A DNA stretch of 64,000 nt, taken from contig JAHRHZ010000091.1 in NCBI GenBank assembly GCA_024137785.1, forward strand, positions 6,667,826-6,731,825. Direction: 5' to 3'. Made by a program: the position numbers and the translations under genes. Shown piece by piece: positions 8,481-22,290 of this stretch (positions are counted from its first letter, which is position 1; each line of letters opens with the position of its first letter). Below the pieces are notes generated by a model, which was not told the origin of the DNA, made no database searches, and saw only the letters and a program-made list of their open reading frames with translations. The stretch is from Ginglymostoma cirratum (taxonomy: Eukaryota).

Positions 8481-11094
8481 TGGTGCCGTCCAGGGGAATG
8501 TTCAGATTAATTAAACTAGATTTCAAAGCTGTTAGTTGTCCTCGGAACTTGATGAAGCATTAGTATCAATTTTGTTCATAAATCGTGGCTCTTATTTTGG
8601 GTCAAGTTACAGATCATTCTTGTCACAACACAATGTAAGTAACAAGTAATTGTATATTGTAATTTCTGTCGTGTAGGTGAACATACAAGGTTGATGTGTT
8701 GTGTTTTTGCCATCTTATGAGCAAAAATTGACCATTCTGGAAGGAGCTTAATGACTTGTTTCAGGCTGACAGACTGTTATTGCAATGCTATATAGTAAAT
8801 ATATTTTTAGTTTCCTGATGTCTCATGGTAGGAGTAATTCTTTGGATTTCTTTGCATTTTAAAGGCTGATTGCAATAAAATCAAACTGTCCAAAATTACC
8901 AGGGGTGATTAGTTTACGTTGCAATCAAAAATCAAGCTACAGTTGATTTAGTGATAGTAAAGAAGTCAATGAATTTATCAGGTGAGAGATGACAAAACAT
9001 TCATGTATTTAGCAGCTCTGTTTATTCGTGGCAATTTGTGGTATAATTATTTATTTTGAAATAAATTATATTTGGTTCATTTTCATGTTACTTATTGATC
9101 TTGTACGTCAGTGCTGCTGAATGTCTGCAACTGCATAAACAGGTAAAATGCTGTTCATGAGAGAATTTTACACCATTTTTTATATCTTGGTTTAATTTGA
9201 ATGTGACACGAGCTTTGAAATAAAAAGAACAAGATCTCGCTCAACTTGGATAATTTGTAAAAGTTCTTTTTAATGTTCAAAGATATTCTTGAAATCACAA
9301 TTACATACAAGACTTTGATTTGCAGCCAGCTTTAGAACTGAGGAATTGGTGAGATATCTACCTCATAGTCTTGAGTGTGCAAATACAGTTTAGTAATATG
9401 TTCAATGATATTGTATACATTACTGTTCCCTTTGTTTCTCAGTGCTTTGTGGCTGGTACTTGTTACTGTACTTTAGCTAAAGGTGAGGTAACCACTATTA
9501 ATCAGTCATGTTGATGTGACCAAACACTACTTGGTGTCAATTTTGTTCAGCATAATTATATGGTTTCCAAGTGGATGTGTGTGAAAGAGAACAATTGTAC
9601 TTTGGAACTGGACAGTAATGTGCAGCCTTGAGTCCCCAATGTTTCCCAGTCTCTTGTCTGTTTTTTGAGGTGGGAATGATCATGTTCTTCATCTAAGGTT
9701 TGTGATAGGGTTTTGATGGGCATACAGGTTACTGCTAAGACCAGCATGCAACCAGACAATTCTCTTGCAAATAATCCAGGACATTTGAGTTTTCGAAAAA
9801 TTGCTGGCCTGGCATTTTCCTTTCTTTACATCTAAAACCTTCCAAGGGGCAGAATTTGTAAATCTACCCATTAAACTTGTAAAATGTCAAATAATATACA
9901 GTGTTTCAGTTAGACCTTGAAAACACGCTTCATTTTGGGTTGCCAAAATACACGTTCTGAGGAGAGTACAGAGAGCCACAAGCTACCAATGAGAAAACAA
10001 GTGGGAAAAGACAATATACTTGGCCTATTCAGTTTTAAAAGTAAACAAGAGTAAATACTAAAACAATGTGAAGTATGCTGTTACAGAAAATCTCACATTT
10101 GAAATAGCGAGAAACCACTTTAGACCTTCTTTGACCACATTTCATCCAATAATGAACATACAGGATAGATTTTGAATAGTGATGGCTGCAAGATGATTTG
10201 ATTAATTGATGGTTCAAAGCTCCATGGTTTTTTCCTGATTTGGTGAGTCAAATGCCCTTCAATGTCTGTCTTGTAATTTTGGCACTTGTCTTTTGAATAA
10301 CTCTTCTGTTCCATTCATCCTGGAAAGTCCCCAAAATTAAAAATGTAGTTAACTTTTAATCTCGGAGCAAATTTAATATGGAGAATTGATTTTGTGTACT
10401 TGTATAGGAATCATTTAAAGCTAGTGATGCACATGTGTTACCATGTTTTAATTTTCATCTTCTGAATACTGGTTATATTTCATTGCAGCCTGTCTAGTTA
10501 ATTTGACACTGTAATCTGATTAAAAATTGCTTTACCAAAAATATTAGGTAATTTGAATTTAGTGGAAAAAATGAATTACAACTATCAAGTCTGTACTTCT
10601 ATGAAATTGAAAACCATGATCTAATTACCTCCCCACTGATAGTGATAATCGCAATAAAACTCAATTTATTTGTATGTTGTATTCAAGTAATTATTATGCT
10701 GGAATTTATACATGGTTCTCACCACCTCTTCTCTGTCTCTTCTTCCCCCTCCCATGCAGTGCTTTTGTCTCTTATAAAAGTATTTATTTTAGACATAACA
10801 GTTTTCTTCTCATCTGAGAATTGGTTGTCTACATGAAACAACAGTGACCTTTTCATATTACAAACTAAAAATGGCTTGAACAACTTTCAGGCAAGTTTGA
10901 AGTAATCATAGCACTCCCCTATTACATGAACCTAGCCACGCTCAAATCATCTAATCCAGCACTGACTGCCACTATCCCTCAGTAGTTAGTGTGACACAAT
11001 GACCTAGAAATTGACCATACAATTGCATGAATGACAAGACTGAAGGTTAAAATTATCAATGGTTTTGAGATGTTTTAGACTGATGTCATGAGTG

Positions 11095-11325
11095 TTATCC
11101 CTGATCTCCTCGTCAGTATTCCTAAGTCAACTTCACACACTCTCAGACTGTACTATATCGTTATTATAATGTTGCTGTTTATGGGAATTTGCTATGTGAA
11201 AATTGGCTGCTATGTTTCCCACATTACAATAGTGACAACTCTTGAAATATTTTATCAGCTTTAAAGGGCTTTGAGATACATGTTGATCATGAAAAGCACT
11301 GTATAAATGCAAGCTTTTCTTTTGT
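11095..11325 (+). mobile_element. DeuSINE/SacSINE1-like 3' part
   Basis: aaattggctgctatgtttcccacattacaatagtgac..aaagggctttgaga..tgaaaagcactgtataaatgcaagc tail. Confidence 0.65.
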
Positions 11326-13542
11326 GAATGTCCCAAAAAGACACTGATGCTTAAATAAGATTATATTAATCTGGTTGCATAAAATGCTTGTTTCATTTCA
11401 CAGATGTGTTCTCTTGGGAATTGTTACAAAGAATACTAGTCTGCACTTCAAACAGAACTTAAACATGTTATAAACATTGTTGCTTAAGATTTGTTCTCAA
11501 AGAAAAGTAAGATTACATGTGTAAATGATTGTGGGGGATAAAAGGATTTATATATTTCTCCTCCCTCGTCAAATGTGGCTATTGCAACTTGTATCACCTT
11601 GGTTTAAGGTCAAAAATTAATTCACCTTTTGGATTTGAGAAGAAATATGAACTGTTGCCTTCTGGTTCTGATATATTAGATGCACAGGAGCAAGTTAGGC
11701 ATGTTTTTATGTGATAAGTTATAGATTTCCCTTTAAAACAAATTAAGAGTGCATGATAATCCAGGATTATTTATGCGTATTTTTTTTTTGTGTGGCTGAG
11801 TTTAAACAGTGTAAACTTAAGATGAAAGAACTGGGAAAAATCCATCATGTTTTTTGTTTGGGAGAATGATTTTCAGAAAGCCCACATACAGTATGAGTAA
11901 ATCTTGAAACTGAATTTGAGTTTATTCATACCTGTGTGTTTGAATCCTGGACCTGACTTATGGGGAGTGGGTCATGGGATTGCAAATAGTGAGTGACTTC
12001 GGCCTTAAACCTAACTTGAATCTGTAGTTTTACTTTGAAAATTTATTAGGATACAACAGCCATAATTTTCTATTGGTTAAAAATACAGAAATAGTTCATA
12101 ATGGCATAATACAACAAGCAGACTGAATGCCTGAGCCCAGTTGAACTTCTTCCACAAGTAGACCTGGAGAAGGTGGAGGAATATGTATACATTGTTTCAT
12201 TTGGCCAGTTAGAATTTACCAGAAATTTAGAAGCTTTAATACTCTAATATTCAAGTAAAGGAACTTAAGATCTACCTTAAGCATCTATTGCATCCAGTTT
12301 TTAAAATAGTCAAGTGTAGGTCTGAGTCTTTTTCTTTTGGTCTGCTTTTCTTTATAGGAAGTTGTGGTGATCACCAGCTCAGTTTTCACTAGCTCCATTT
12401 CCTCTTGCTAGCTGCATGATATTCACCTGCTAGGAGCTGACAAAATACACAGCCAATGTAAAAACCAATATTTTCCCAAACAAGGTGGTAGTGACCATTT
12501 GTCAGATTGTTTGCCATCAAAACCTGAAGAATGGTAACTAAATTTGATTCGTGCAGTTGTTCAAACTTCATTTTAATCGGTGGCTACCTATCAGTTACTT
12601 GTGTTTTATCTTATTTAGCAGCCTGACTGCTGACAGTTGATCTAAAGTCAGACATGGTGAGTAGACTTTGGTTAGGAGATCACAATTAACATTGCATCTG
12701 ACATTGCTATCAGAAATATTTGAACAAAGAAAATGCATTCACTTAAGTATCCCCAAAATTTCCAGGACAGTCTGTCATCCATGAGGTGGAAATGGTTATC
12801 TTTTTACTCTGTTTTTAAATATTCCTAAATTCTTGGTTGCCTCAGACCTGGGGTGATACCTTATTAAGACACATGAATAGTTCATTCTTTGCAGTTGTGG
12901 TGCAGCAAGTACAAACCCTTCTACAGCCGGAGTTGGAAATGCATATGAAAAATTGTGAAATTTAAAAGGCCTGTTAGATTTCTATTTATAGTGTATATTG
13001 GGGTCATGACTTTGGAACTATCAGCCTGTTAGAGTCTACAGTGCTTTCAAAAATTGAACATCTGGTATTGTTCGGGGAGGTTTTCATTTGTGCTGATATT
13101 TGTTAATATGAATATTGTGTTGAAGTCTACGAGAAGAGAAGGTGCAGCCCTGAATATTCGTCATTTGTTATTTATTCACTTGCTTATCTATTGTGGGATG
13201 TGGGCAGAGTTAGTTGGAGGAGGAGGGTCGATTGCCGTGACAAGAGGAAGTTTTTAACGAACATCAGGTATTGTAGGTGAATCTAGAAAACAGTCACTTT
13301 GCCAAAGTTTGAATGCATGAAATTTATGCCCACTAGAGAATATCTACTCATTAATCAGAAAAATCTCAAGGCAGAAATGTGTAAGATGCCAATGTGAGCC
13401 GAGTGCATTTTGTATGGAATCATTGGACTGATTAAAGTTTCACTGCATATTTGGTCACAGTTGTGTGGCATTTTTCTACATTTGACAACAATTGTGAATG
13501 CAAGTTTTCCTCTTTCCACAATGAAGATGCACTGACTTGTTA

Positions 13543-13662
13543 AAAACAGAACTGCGGATGCTGTGAATCAGGAACAAAAGCAGAAGTTGCTGGAAAAGCT
13601 CAGCAGGTCCGGCAGCATCTGTGAAGAAAAATCAGAGGTAATGTTTCAGGTCCGGCAACCCT
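13543..13662 (-). mobile_element. Single arm of PLE-related family B
   Basis: aaaaacagaactgcggatgctg..gctggaaaagctcagcaggtccggcagcatctgtgaagaaaaatcagaggtaatgtttcaggtccggcaaccct; truncated before the CUGA box. Confidence 0.8.
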
Positions 13663-14419
13663 ACTGTATTTATGCAACTAGTGCTGCAGTGGAACAGATA
13701 GACCTAGTATGCAGAACGTGTATTGCTGCGAACATTCCTTACAAGGAAGGACTTGTGCTCACAAGAATTAATTTTTCTTCAGCTCGCTTTTGTCCATCAT
13801 TGATGTTTGATAAATAACTTTTGTGCAGTTGTGTGAACCTGTTTCAAGGCGAGCTTTGTGGAAAATTAACAAATCAATTCAACTAATATAAAAGATTAGT
13901 TAATTAGAATAAAATTTGGAAGTAGAAAGAAATGCTTCCCACCCTAACTATCCTGGAGATAAACGCACCCAATCAGACATACAGCTTTCAACATATAGGC
14001 ATAAAAGATAAGTATCCACACTTATTCCTTTGTTGCCGTCATTTCAGTTTTGTTTGTGTACTGCAAATGTTGCTACTTCCATCCCAAGCTGTGCTTGAAG
14101 TTATCTTCTCCGTTCACATAAAATAGAAAATTTTGTTTTTTTGGATTTCTTTGTTCTTCAATTTTTTGTTTTTGTGGTCTGTTATCTTCCCTTAATTCAT
14201 TGTTTTGCAAATGTTAATTTTCTAATTAATCTGGCTATCCAGTATTAATTCTGTTTGTATCTACCAATTATGCTGTTCATACAGATTAAAGTTAGTTTCT
14301 AAGCAATGTTTAAGTGTTACTAGATATATCAGTATTCTTTAAAAGCATATAGTTGGGCAGTAATTTAAAGTTTGTCGGTATTCAGTACTTTATTTTGAAT
14401 CATATGAAAGCAAGGGTTA

Positions 14420-14800
14420 ATTTTCACACTGATGTTGATGACACTCCAGACCTAGCCCATCACTACCTCTTTCAGCTCTGTCAGTGCTGGTTGAGCAGAA
14501 AGTTCCACCAATACAGTTTTGAGAAGACTAAATTTGTTGTTTTCGGCAGCTGCTTCAAATTCTAGCCCATAGCTACCAACTTCTTTCTTCTCTGTCGTAA
14601 CTGCCTGAAACTACATCAGCCTGTTTGCAACCTGGTGTCGCACTTAATCCTGGGATGAGCTTCCAAAATCCCAAAACTGCTTATTTTCACCTCCACAACT
14701 TTGCTTGATATTGCTTTAATTCACTGGCTAAAACTCTCATTCTTGCCTTAGTCATTTCTGGACGATTTTAAAATATTCCTTGCTAGTCCCCCATATTGGA
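14420..14800 (+). mobile_element. L2 LINE ORF2 fragment
   Basis: Degenerate RT motif in ORF 14353-14565 (VNFHTDVDDTPD ~ YADD; EKTKFVVFGS) followed by L2-like sequence. Confidence 0.65.
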
Positions 14801-14814
14801 CAATATGTAGGTGA

Positions 14815-15340
14815 TTAGAGATGGGGAGTCAGTTGCTGTGCTTGTGGTGTAGCTACATCTACAGTGTTTTGGGTGGAGAGACGGGAATCCAAGATGTTGA
14901 CACACAGTGAAAGAGAAGCAATATAGTTCCAAGTCAGGCTGGTGTGTGACTTCGAGGGAGACCTAGTTCTCGTTATTCTAGGTAATAGTTCCTTTAGTGT
15001 TGTTGAAAGAGCCTTACTGAATTGCAGTGCATCTTGCAATAATACATGCTGTATCCACTAGAGGAGGAGGGAATGAATGTTTAAGGTGGTGGATAAGGCC
15101 CTGATCAGTGGGCACCTTCTCTGTGATAGAGTTTCTTGTGAGTTGTTGGAGTCGCATTCATCCAGGCCAGTAGACTGTGTTCTCCTGTGTTTCTTACTTG
15201 TTCTTGGAGTTGATGGATGGGCTTCAGGAATTGGGAAATGAATTGTTTGCCACAGAATTCCCAGGCTCTGTCCTGCTGCAGTTTATATGGCATTGTCCAG
15301 CGTACTTTCTGGTGAATGGTAACCCTCGATGTTGAGGGAT
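14815..15340 (-). mobile_element. CR1/L2-group LINE 3' fragment (same family as 42512-43112)
   Basis: Shares blocks with 42512-43112 (aatgaatgtttaaggtggtggat; gttgttggagtcgcattcatccaggc; gaatggtaaccc). Confidence 0.7.
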
Positions 15341-15399
15341 TGAACTACGCTTGTACCTTTTTGATATGGTAAATAACCTTTTCCATTTTGAAAGTCGTA

Positions 15400-15870
15400 A
15401 TTAAAATTGCTTCTACCATCCTTGGGTGGACATTTCAGATGCTAACTATACAGTGTTCCCTCATTTTGCTGTTGGTTCTTGTGTCATTCACCTGAAATTT
15501 GGCATCCTAAGGTTCAGGGCCCTTCAGTAAATGGGACAGTTTCTCATCCACTTTGTCTAGTCCCCTCATTTTGAACCTATCCAATCTCTTAATATCCTCC
15601 AAAGAAGACAACCCCAACTTCTGTCCAATCTATCCAGGTAACTTAAGTCTTGTTCTTGGTCCAAGTTCTTGGACCATTCTCATCTTTTGCATCCCCTCTG
15701 CCTTCATTTCCAAATATGTTATCTGCAGAATTGGACATAGTACTCCAGTTAAGGTCAAACCAGTGTTCATTAAAGGTTCATCATAACTTCCTGGCTTTTC
15801 TACTCAGTGTCTATATTTATAATGCTCCAGCATCCTATTAACATGTTTTAACCTGCCTGCCACCTTCATT
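15400..15870 (-). mobile_element. Degenerate CR1 fragment
   Basis: Reverse-strand CR1 motifs (cagaattggacatagtactccag; cctgcctgccaccttca). Confidence 0.6.
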
Positions 15871-16149
15871 GCACCCTTTTATTTGTATCCTTTTGCTTTG
15901 CCAGTCTGTGTTCTGGAAGTCTATCACTATCTCCTCTTTATTCTGCACTTATTATTTATATGTGTATAGAAGATGGTTGATTGCCTTTTATGTTTGCTAA
16001 TAGTTTCTTCTATTCATCTTTCATTTCCTCTTTTACTGTATTTTATATTTTCAATCGTGATCAATTGTATTAGCAACCTCACAGCTCCCCCTTTTAACAC
16101 CTTCATTGTGCTCTGTTTCGATTGATTTTTACAAATTCTAATAACCATT

Positions 16150-16450
16150 TTGAAGGTCCTTTGTGTCTTATGCCCTCCCCATCTCTAATCACCTGCAGTC
16201 CGAAACTCCTCAATTATCTAATCTTAAAATTCTGGCCTCTTGAGCTACTCCTAATGTAATCACTGCATTGTTGGTTATGCCAAATTTCTGGAATTCCTTC
16301 CCTGCACCTCATTGCCTCTGTATGTCTCTTGGTTCTTTTAAGATACTCATTAAAACTTACTGTTTGGCCAAGCTTTTGGTTATCTGATTTGATCTTTTTA
16401 TTTTGGCTTGGCATTTTTTTTTATAATGCATCTGTTAAATGTTCTACATA
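16150..16450 (+). mobile_element. L2 LINE 3' end
   Basis: tctggaattccttccct..ctttaagatactcattaaaacttactgtttggccaagcttttgg; a similar copy lies at ~21540-21860. Confidence 0.6.
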
Positions 16451-19311
16451 AATATGACTTGTCTTACTCTGCTTAGGATTGCTCATCAGAAGACTGGAAG
16501 TGAGTTTTGCATTCATTTTGCAGAGCTGATGTTCCAGCAGCAAAAACACTGCATTACTATACAAAATGTATCTGGAAAATAATGTATTCAATCTTGCATT
16601 TCTGATCTTGGTGACAGTATCTATGTTAATACCTTGTATGATGCTTAAACTGACACCAGAATGTTCTTTGATCTGTCCTGCGTGTGTACAGACAACACAA
16701 CAGTACGGTCATTTTACCATGTTGGTGCTTGTTTGGATCTGTTTGTGTTTTGCTGTAGTTTCTTGTTGCTTAATTATAGAGGGAAATGGGCTGCAGCCTT
16801 CAGTGTTTTCTAATGTGCAAGACCCACGAGATAAGTTGTCTGCCTCCTAGACCATGTTTGTTGTTTCTACAAGAACCTTTTGAATTGTGTGCTTGCTTCA
16901 GACTACATAATGATTTGTTTTACATTGCATGTCTGCAAGAGCACCTAATGGTGCACAACTGAAACGCTGCTATTGTTGTTCTTCAAGATGTGGGAACAAT
17001 GATAAAGGCTAAAGCTTGCAATGTCATGGTCTTGTCAGTTTTATTCATACTCCCTACCATTCATTCTAAAGTTAGTTTGTGCAAAGCAAATGACATGTTT
17101 TATTAGCCCAATTCCTTTGACTATGTTGTAGCTGTCGTAAAACCCTGATTTTAGAGCTTCACTTTAATTCTAATGAGATGCATGGTGCCTGGTTTTAAAA
17201 TGGTCAGCCTGTATCTTTTCAGCTGCTAATGTTTTTCAGAGCTAAAATAAAACTTCTTTTCTCTCAACTATCGTGTTGGAAATACTGATGTGAAATGTTA
17301 AGTAGTTGAAAAGCTGTGTTCCTTTTACAAGTACTTAAGTCGTAGGACAAAATCGTTCATCGAACGAGCAGCAAAAATCTGTTGTCAAGGTTGTGAAAAG
17401 CCCTGTCAGACCATGTCTCTTTCAGTTGTTCCATTTTGGGATTCCCTTGGCTGGATACCATTCACGAGAGAAAAAGACAGCTGGTCAGGAAATAGCACAA
17501 ATCTAGTTGTGTGAATAGTAAACTCAATTCAGAATATTGACGTTGCAAAAAACAAATTCTAAAGCTTTCCAGGTGTTTTCTATCTTTGTTCTCTGTGGCA
17601 TCTTTCAGCAGAGTTTGTTTTAAATGAGGGTTAAAGTAGTCTTTACTAGCTTAGACCTACTTCTAATACCAATCATTTGGTGTTGATAATGTGTCCATCG
17701 TCCCCTTAACGGTAACTGGTAGCAAACTATGAGAAGCTAATTGATTACAAGTTTACGAAAGCCCAAGCTGCCTGAGCAATCATAAGACATCGCAATACAG
17801 TTACTATAGTGATAGCACCTACGATTGTTAATGATCCGAGAGCGGTTTTTGGAAGCTCATATTTGAAACGCATAAATCGGAAGTTTAAATGTGTTCACTT
17901 TATAGGTTTTATCTGTTGGTTTGACTCTGCAGCACACTTCCAAAGACACAACATTATAGATGTACAGAAAGATCCAGTTTCAGCACATAGTAGTTTAGGG
18001 AGTGATGCATTTTCAGAAGCTCTGTCATTTAGATGAAATCCCATTTCCTGACATACTTGAGCAAGCAAAAGACCCCTCGGCACTTCATGAAGCGCAAGGC
18101 ATTCTGCCAATATCCTGGCAAAGCTTAGCTTTCTCAGGCAACACTGAAAGCAGTTTATTCACAGCTGTGTTGTTTTTGGGGCCTTGCTGTGTAAAACTAG
18201 CTACTACATTTTTGGACGAAAGTACTTATTCAAGAAATAACTTGAATATGAGGCACTTGGGAATTTTGAATGTTTAATGAACTGCTGTATGGAAGTTCCT
18301 TTGCTTGTTGCAGAGAGCATTGTGATTAAATGCTGCTGGTTTTAATGCTGTAATAGAGCAAGCACTTTGAGGTGTAAACTCAGTAAGTTATTAGTCACCG
18401 TACATTACAGCATTTTGAGTATGAAAGCAAATGGATTTTCAAAGTCACTTTGTGTAGTCTGATAGTTTGCATAACCATGGTTTTGATTGGTGAATTGTAG
18501 GTCGTGTCTGACTGACCTCAAAATTTTTGCAAGATCACGAGCATAATGGACAGCTGTCTTGGGCTGATGTCTATATGCTTTCACAAAGTATTTCACAAGA
18601 AACCATTAGGAAAAATTTACAAAACATCAGTAACACCCTATCTGGAAAACCAAAACAGCAGTAGATCTGGGACCATGTGAACTGTAACTGTAACCAGTCA
18701 GAGTGTAGAATCCTTTGCAAGGTACACAGTTTGAACTCGCAAGTGTAAATTAGAATAATTCAATGTCACTTCAGCCGTAAAGCAAAATAGCGAGAGAGGA
18801 GGGTCGGAATTTTTCATGAAAGCCTTTGTGTTTCTACATTGCTGCACTGCAAATCAACTTTTACCAGAGGTTAATTGGCAGTAGTTAAGGCTTGCAATAT
18901 TGATAAATTACTTAGGTTAGGGCCAATCTATTCAAGTCTATCTTATTTGAAATTAGTAATCAAGCAAATACAGTAATTTCACATGTTTTTCAATATCAAG
19001 TTGATAGCATGCTGGTATATCAGAGCTCCTGGAGGAGCAGAGCAGACTCGTGCGTAACTGTGTATGTGTGAAAACTATTTCTAGTGCACGAGGTCATTAT
19101 GGTTGACAGTGATATGATGTGAATAGAAAAGCTATGAAAAATAAGCATTACAAGTTCTGTATTTAACCTTTTTTGAAATAGGTGATTATCATGGTTGTGA
19201 GATAAAACTATATTTCTCCAAGGTAGTTGTAGTTTGATCACAGCTATAAAATTAACTTTTTATTCCCATATACTAATCAGTGTGCAAAATAAAATCTGGT
19301 GGCCTTTAGGT

Positions 19312-19671
19312 TTTTTTTTATTCATTCACGGGAAGAGGGCGTAGCTGGCTAGGCAGCATTTATTGCCCATCCCTAATTGCCCAGATGGCAGTTCATAGTC
19401 AACCACATTGCTGTGGGTCTGGAGTCACATGTAGGCCAGACGAGGTAAGGATGACAGTTTCCTTCCCTAAAGGACGTTAGTGAACCAGATGGGATTTTCT
19501 TGACAATCGACAATGGATTCACGGTCATCATTAGATTGTTAATTCCAGGTATTTTATTGAATTCAAATTCCGCCATCTGCCATGGCGGGATTCGAACCCA
19601 GGTCCCCAGAACATTATCTGGGTCTCTGGATTAGCAGTCCAGTGATAATACCACTAGGCCATTGCCTCCCC
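19312..19671 (-). mobile_element. Near full-length tRNA-derived SINE (elasmobranch family, name uncertain)
   Basis: The - strand has A-box-like tggcctagtgg, B-box gggttcgaatccc, a central body and tail gggcaataaatgctgcctagccagctacgccc..gtgaatgaataaaaaaaaa. Confidence 0.85.
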
Positions 19672-20752
19672 GTGTCAGTCATTGGGTCTTATTCAGATTC
19701 TGTACTAAGAGCAAGGTTGTAATTTTTTTTTCCTCAAGAACTGAACTTATGTCAATTAACACAGGACTTTTTGGTCAAGTTTTATGTTTAGGGTGAATAC
19801 CCAATTCTTCCAGTGAAATTTCACCACCTGTGGGTTCTATATCCATGGAGCAAGGACTGAATCTGTAGGATTTCAGATGGCATTATAAAATTCACTTTAC
19901 ATCATTGATCAAATGTAGCCCTTGGTTTGTGTTGCATAACTATTTTGCTCACAGACTCGTATGAATGGGGAGAACCAAATCAGATTTGTTCTGCTTCAAT
20001 GCTTTTATCAGTTAGTGACTGTATACTTGCTGGAAAACATCTTATGACAGAGGCACTGAAAGTTTGAATAATCTTGTCAGTAATAAAGAAGCTATGAATT
20101 CTTCATAGCTTTAAGTGCAACTACTGGTCCATAAATTTGCTGGGATCAGGTTTAAATTTAAAATTAATTTGTTTCAAGTTCACTACTAACACTTTCACTA
20201 AATAATGGCTTATGCTGTCTTGTACTAAGATTTACTTAACGATCTATAAGTGTAGAAATTAGAAATTTCTATAGAAGTTAGAGATTAGGTTGCTGATATG
20301 CATTGAATTGCCCAATCCTGTTGAGTAGATTTAGTTCATTGTCACAAAACAGTAATAGGCATCCAGCCTTGGTCTTTTACTGTTCCAGACTCCAAGCAGG
20401 CCATATCAATTCAAGATATTCAGCAGCTAGGAAAAGAATGCTGCAAGCCATATGTTAAACAGCCAGGACTTGCTAAGATAGCTCATAACTCTTGGTAAGA
20501 TTTAGGTTTTCTGTCAGCCCGTGTCAAGCCTTGCGGCTTTGTTTGATTTGCAGCGAAAATGATGCTCAAGGAACCCAGCAGCATTCGTTTCTTTCTAATC
20601 AGAGGATATAAAAGAGCCAAATTTTTTTCATCGCCCAACAGAAATAGTCAGGTAGAATTGACACTAAAATTGTTAAATATGTTAAGATTTCAATGTTTCC
20701 ATAATGCTATATGGTAATGATGAAGACTATCCAGACAATTGACCTAGTCTCA

Positions 20753-20873
20753 GAGATAAAAGGTACTGCAGATGCTGGAGAATCTGAGATAACAAGGTGT
20801 GGGGCTGGATGAACACAGCAGGCCAAGCAGCAGCATAGGAGCAGGAAAGCTTGACGTTTCGGGCCTAGACCCT
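20753..20873 (-). mobile_element. Single arm of PLE-related family A
   Basis: gagataaaaggtactgcagatgctggagaatctgagataacaagg..ggagcaggaaagcttgacgtttcgggcctagaccct. Confidence 0.85.
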
Positions 20874-22238
20874 GATTTATACCTCAACTCAGAATTTTCA
20901 GTTGGAGTAAATCTAATATGTATTATTGATTAGGAAAGAATCATGTTTTACGTGTGAAATTTGTGGTTTTGAACTAACTGCATAACTGGACATTTAAATA
21001 GAGAAAGTGCTTGGCAGCAGCCTAATAGAGAATCTAAACAAGACAGGTGAGCGATTAGGTGGTTGGTTACATGATATACATTCAGGATCGTGTACTTTAT
21101 TCTAAAGCAGGAAACCTTGGAAATGGTCAGTGTAAAAACAAAACCAAAATCATTTCTGGGTCAAAATTATTAGTTAATCAGGGTAACTCAAAAGAAAAGG
21201 GCATAAACATCACCATTAAAAGATCTATCTAAATCTTTTGTTTTTAATGAAACAATGCTGGTTTTCCTTTCCTGCCAAATAACAATTGGCATCACTCTGC
21301 CCATGTCCCATTCATGAGTCAAGAGTAAGTACTGATACTAAAATTTGTAGACAGTGAACTTGCATTGTGTGACATGACAAAGTAGCTAAGATGGTTAAGT
21401 ACTTATCGCATCTAGTTACGTTTGTTCTGCCTTGGAGTCAGATTAACCAAAATTCTGCTACCCCTCTTGGCAACAAGTCCTAGTTCCCCGTTATCTGTTT
21501 TTGCTGATCTTTGTTAACTCCCAGTCAAGAAATATCTGGAGTTTATCATCCTGCCTGTCGCTATCTGTAATCTTCTCCAATCAACAGTACTCCAAGGTAT
21601 CTTTAGTCTCATTCTGGCCTCTTACAAATTCACATTTTGCATTTCGGCACTTCCCTTGTTTCTTCAGTTGTTTAGGCTTCAAACTATGGACTTACCTTCC
21701 TACACTTCTCCAAATATCTCCGGTTTTTCTCCTTTAAGATCCTCCTTAAAACCTATATCTATGACTAATGTTTTAGTCACCTGACCTAACCTAACCTAAA
21801 ACTTATGGCTCAGGATTATGGTTTATAATCTTCTTGCGAAGAGCCTTGGGCTTTCGTAACAATAATATTGGTGCATAAGTTGCATTCCTTTGTTCATTGA
21901 GTCCAAAAATTGATAAATTTTGATGTTGTGAACATACTTGATGACTGACCCTCTGCAGTGCTCTAGGGTAGAGAATTCTGAAGGTTTGTAGGCCTCAATT
22001 TAAAAAAAAAAATCCACTTCTCACTCGTACTAAGTGTGTCATTTGAGTATTTTTGTTACAGCATTATAGAATCCCTATAGTTACTGTGATCTTTCGTCAA
22101 GTGGGAACATTTAAAAGTAATTTCTATCCTGTCGAGTATCTGACACTGTATAAAGGAGAGAACTGACTTGGAGAGTTTTAGTTTTCAAAATGTTTGACTT
22201 TAATATTTTGTCTTGTGAAAGACCGCAGTTTGTTTCTA

Positions 22239-22290
22239 GATTGGCTTGTTTATTGGATGGCTTGATTGGCTTGTTTATTGGATGGCTTGA
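22239..22290. repeat. 25-bp tandem duplication (2 copies)
   Basis: gattggcttgtttattggatggctt repeated at 22239-22263 and 22264-22288. Confidence 0.9.

Noticed and set aside
8860-9060. Possible conserved non-coding enhancers here and near 30950-31450 and 32990-33500
   Set aside because: Unique-looking sequence, but conservation cannot be judged without alignments.
19560-19671. tRNA genes here and at ~44330-44405
   Set aside because: The A/B-box heads run directly into SINE bodies; no complete cloverleaf.
20089-20111. Perfect 10-bp hairpin aagctatgaa-ttc-ttcatagctt
   Set aside because: Isolated, AT-rich and plausible by chance; too short for a pre-miRNA.
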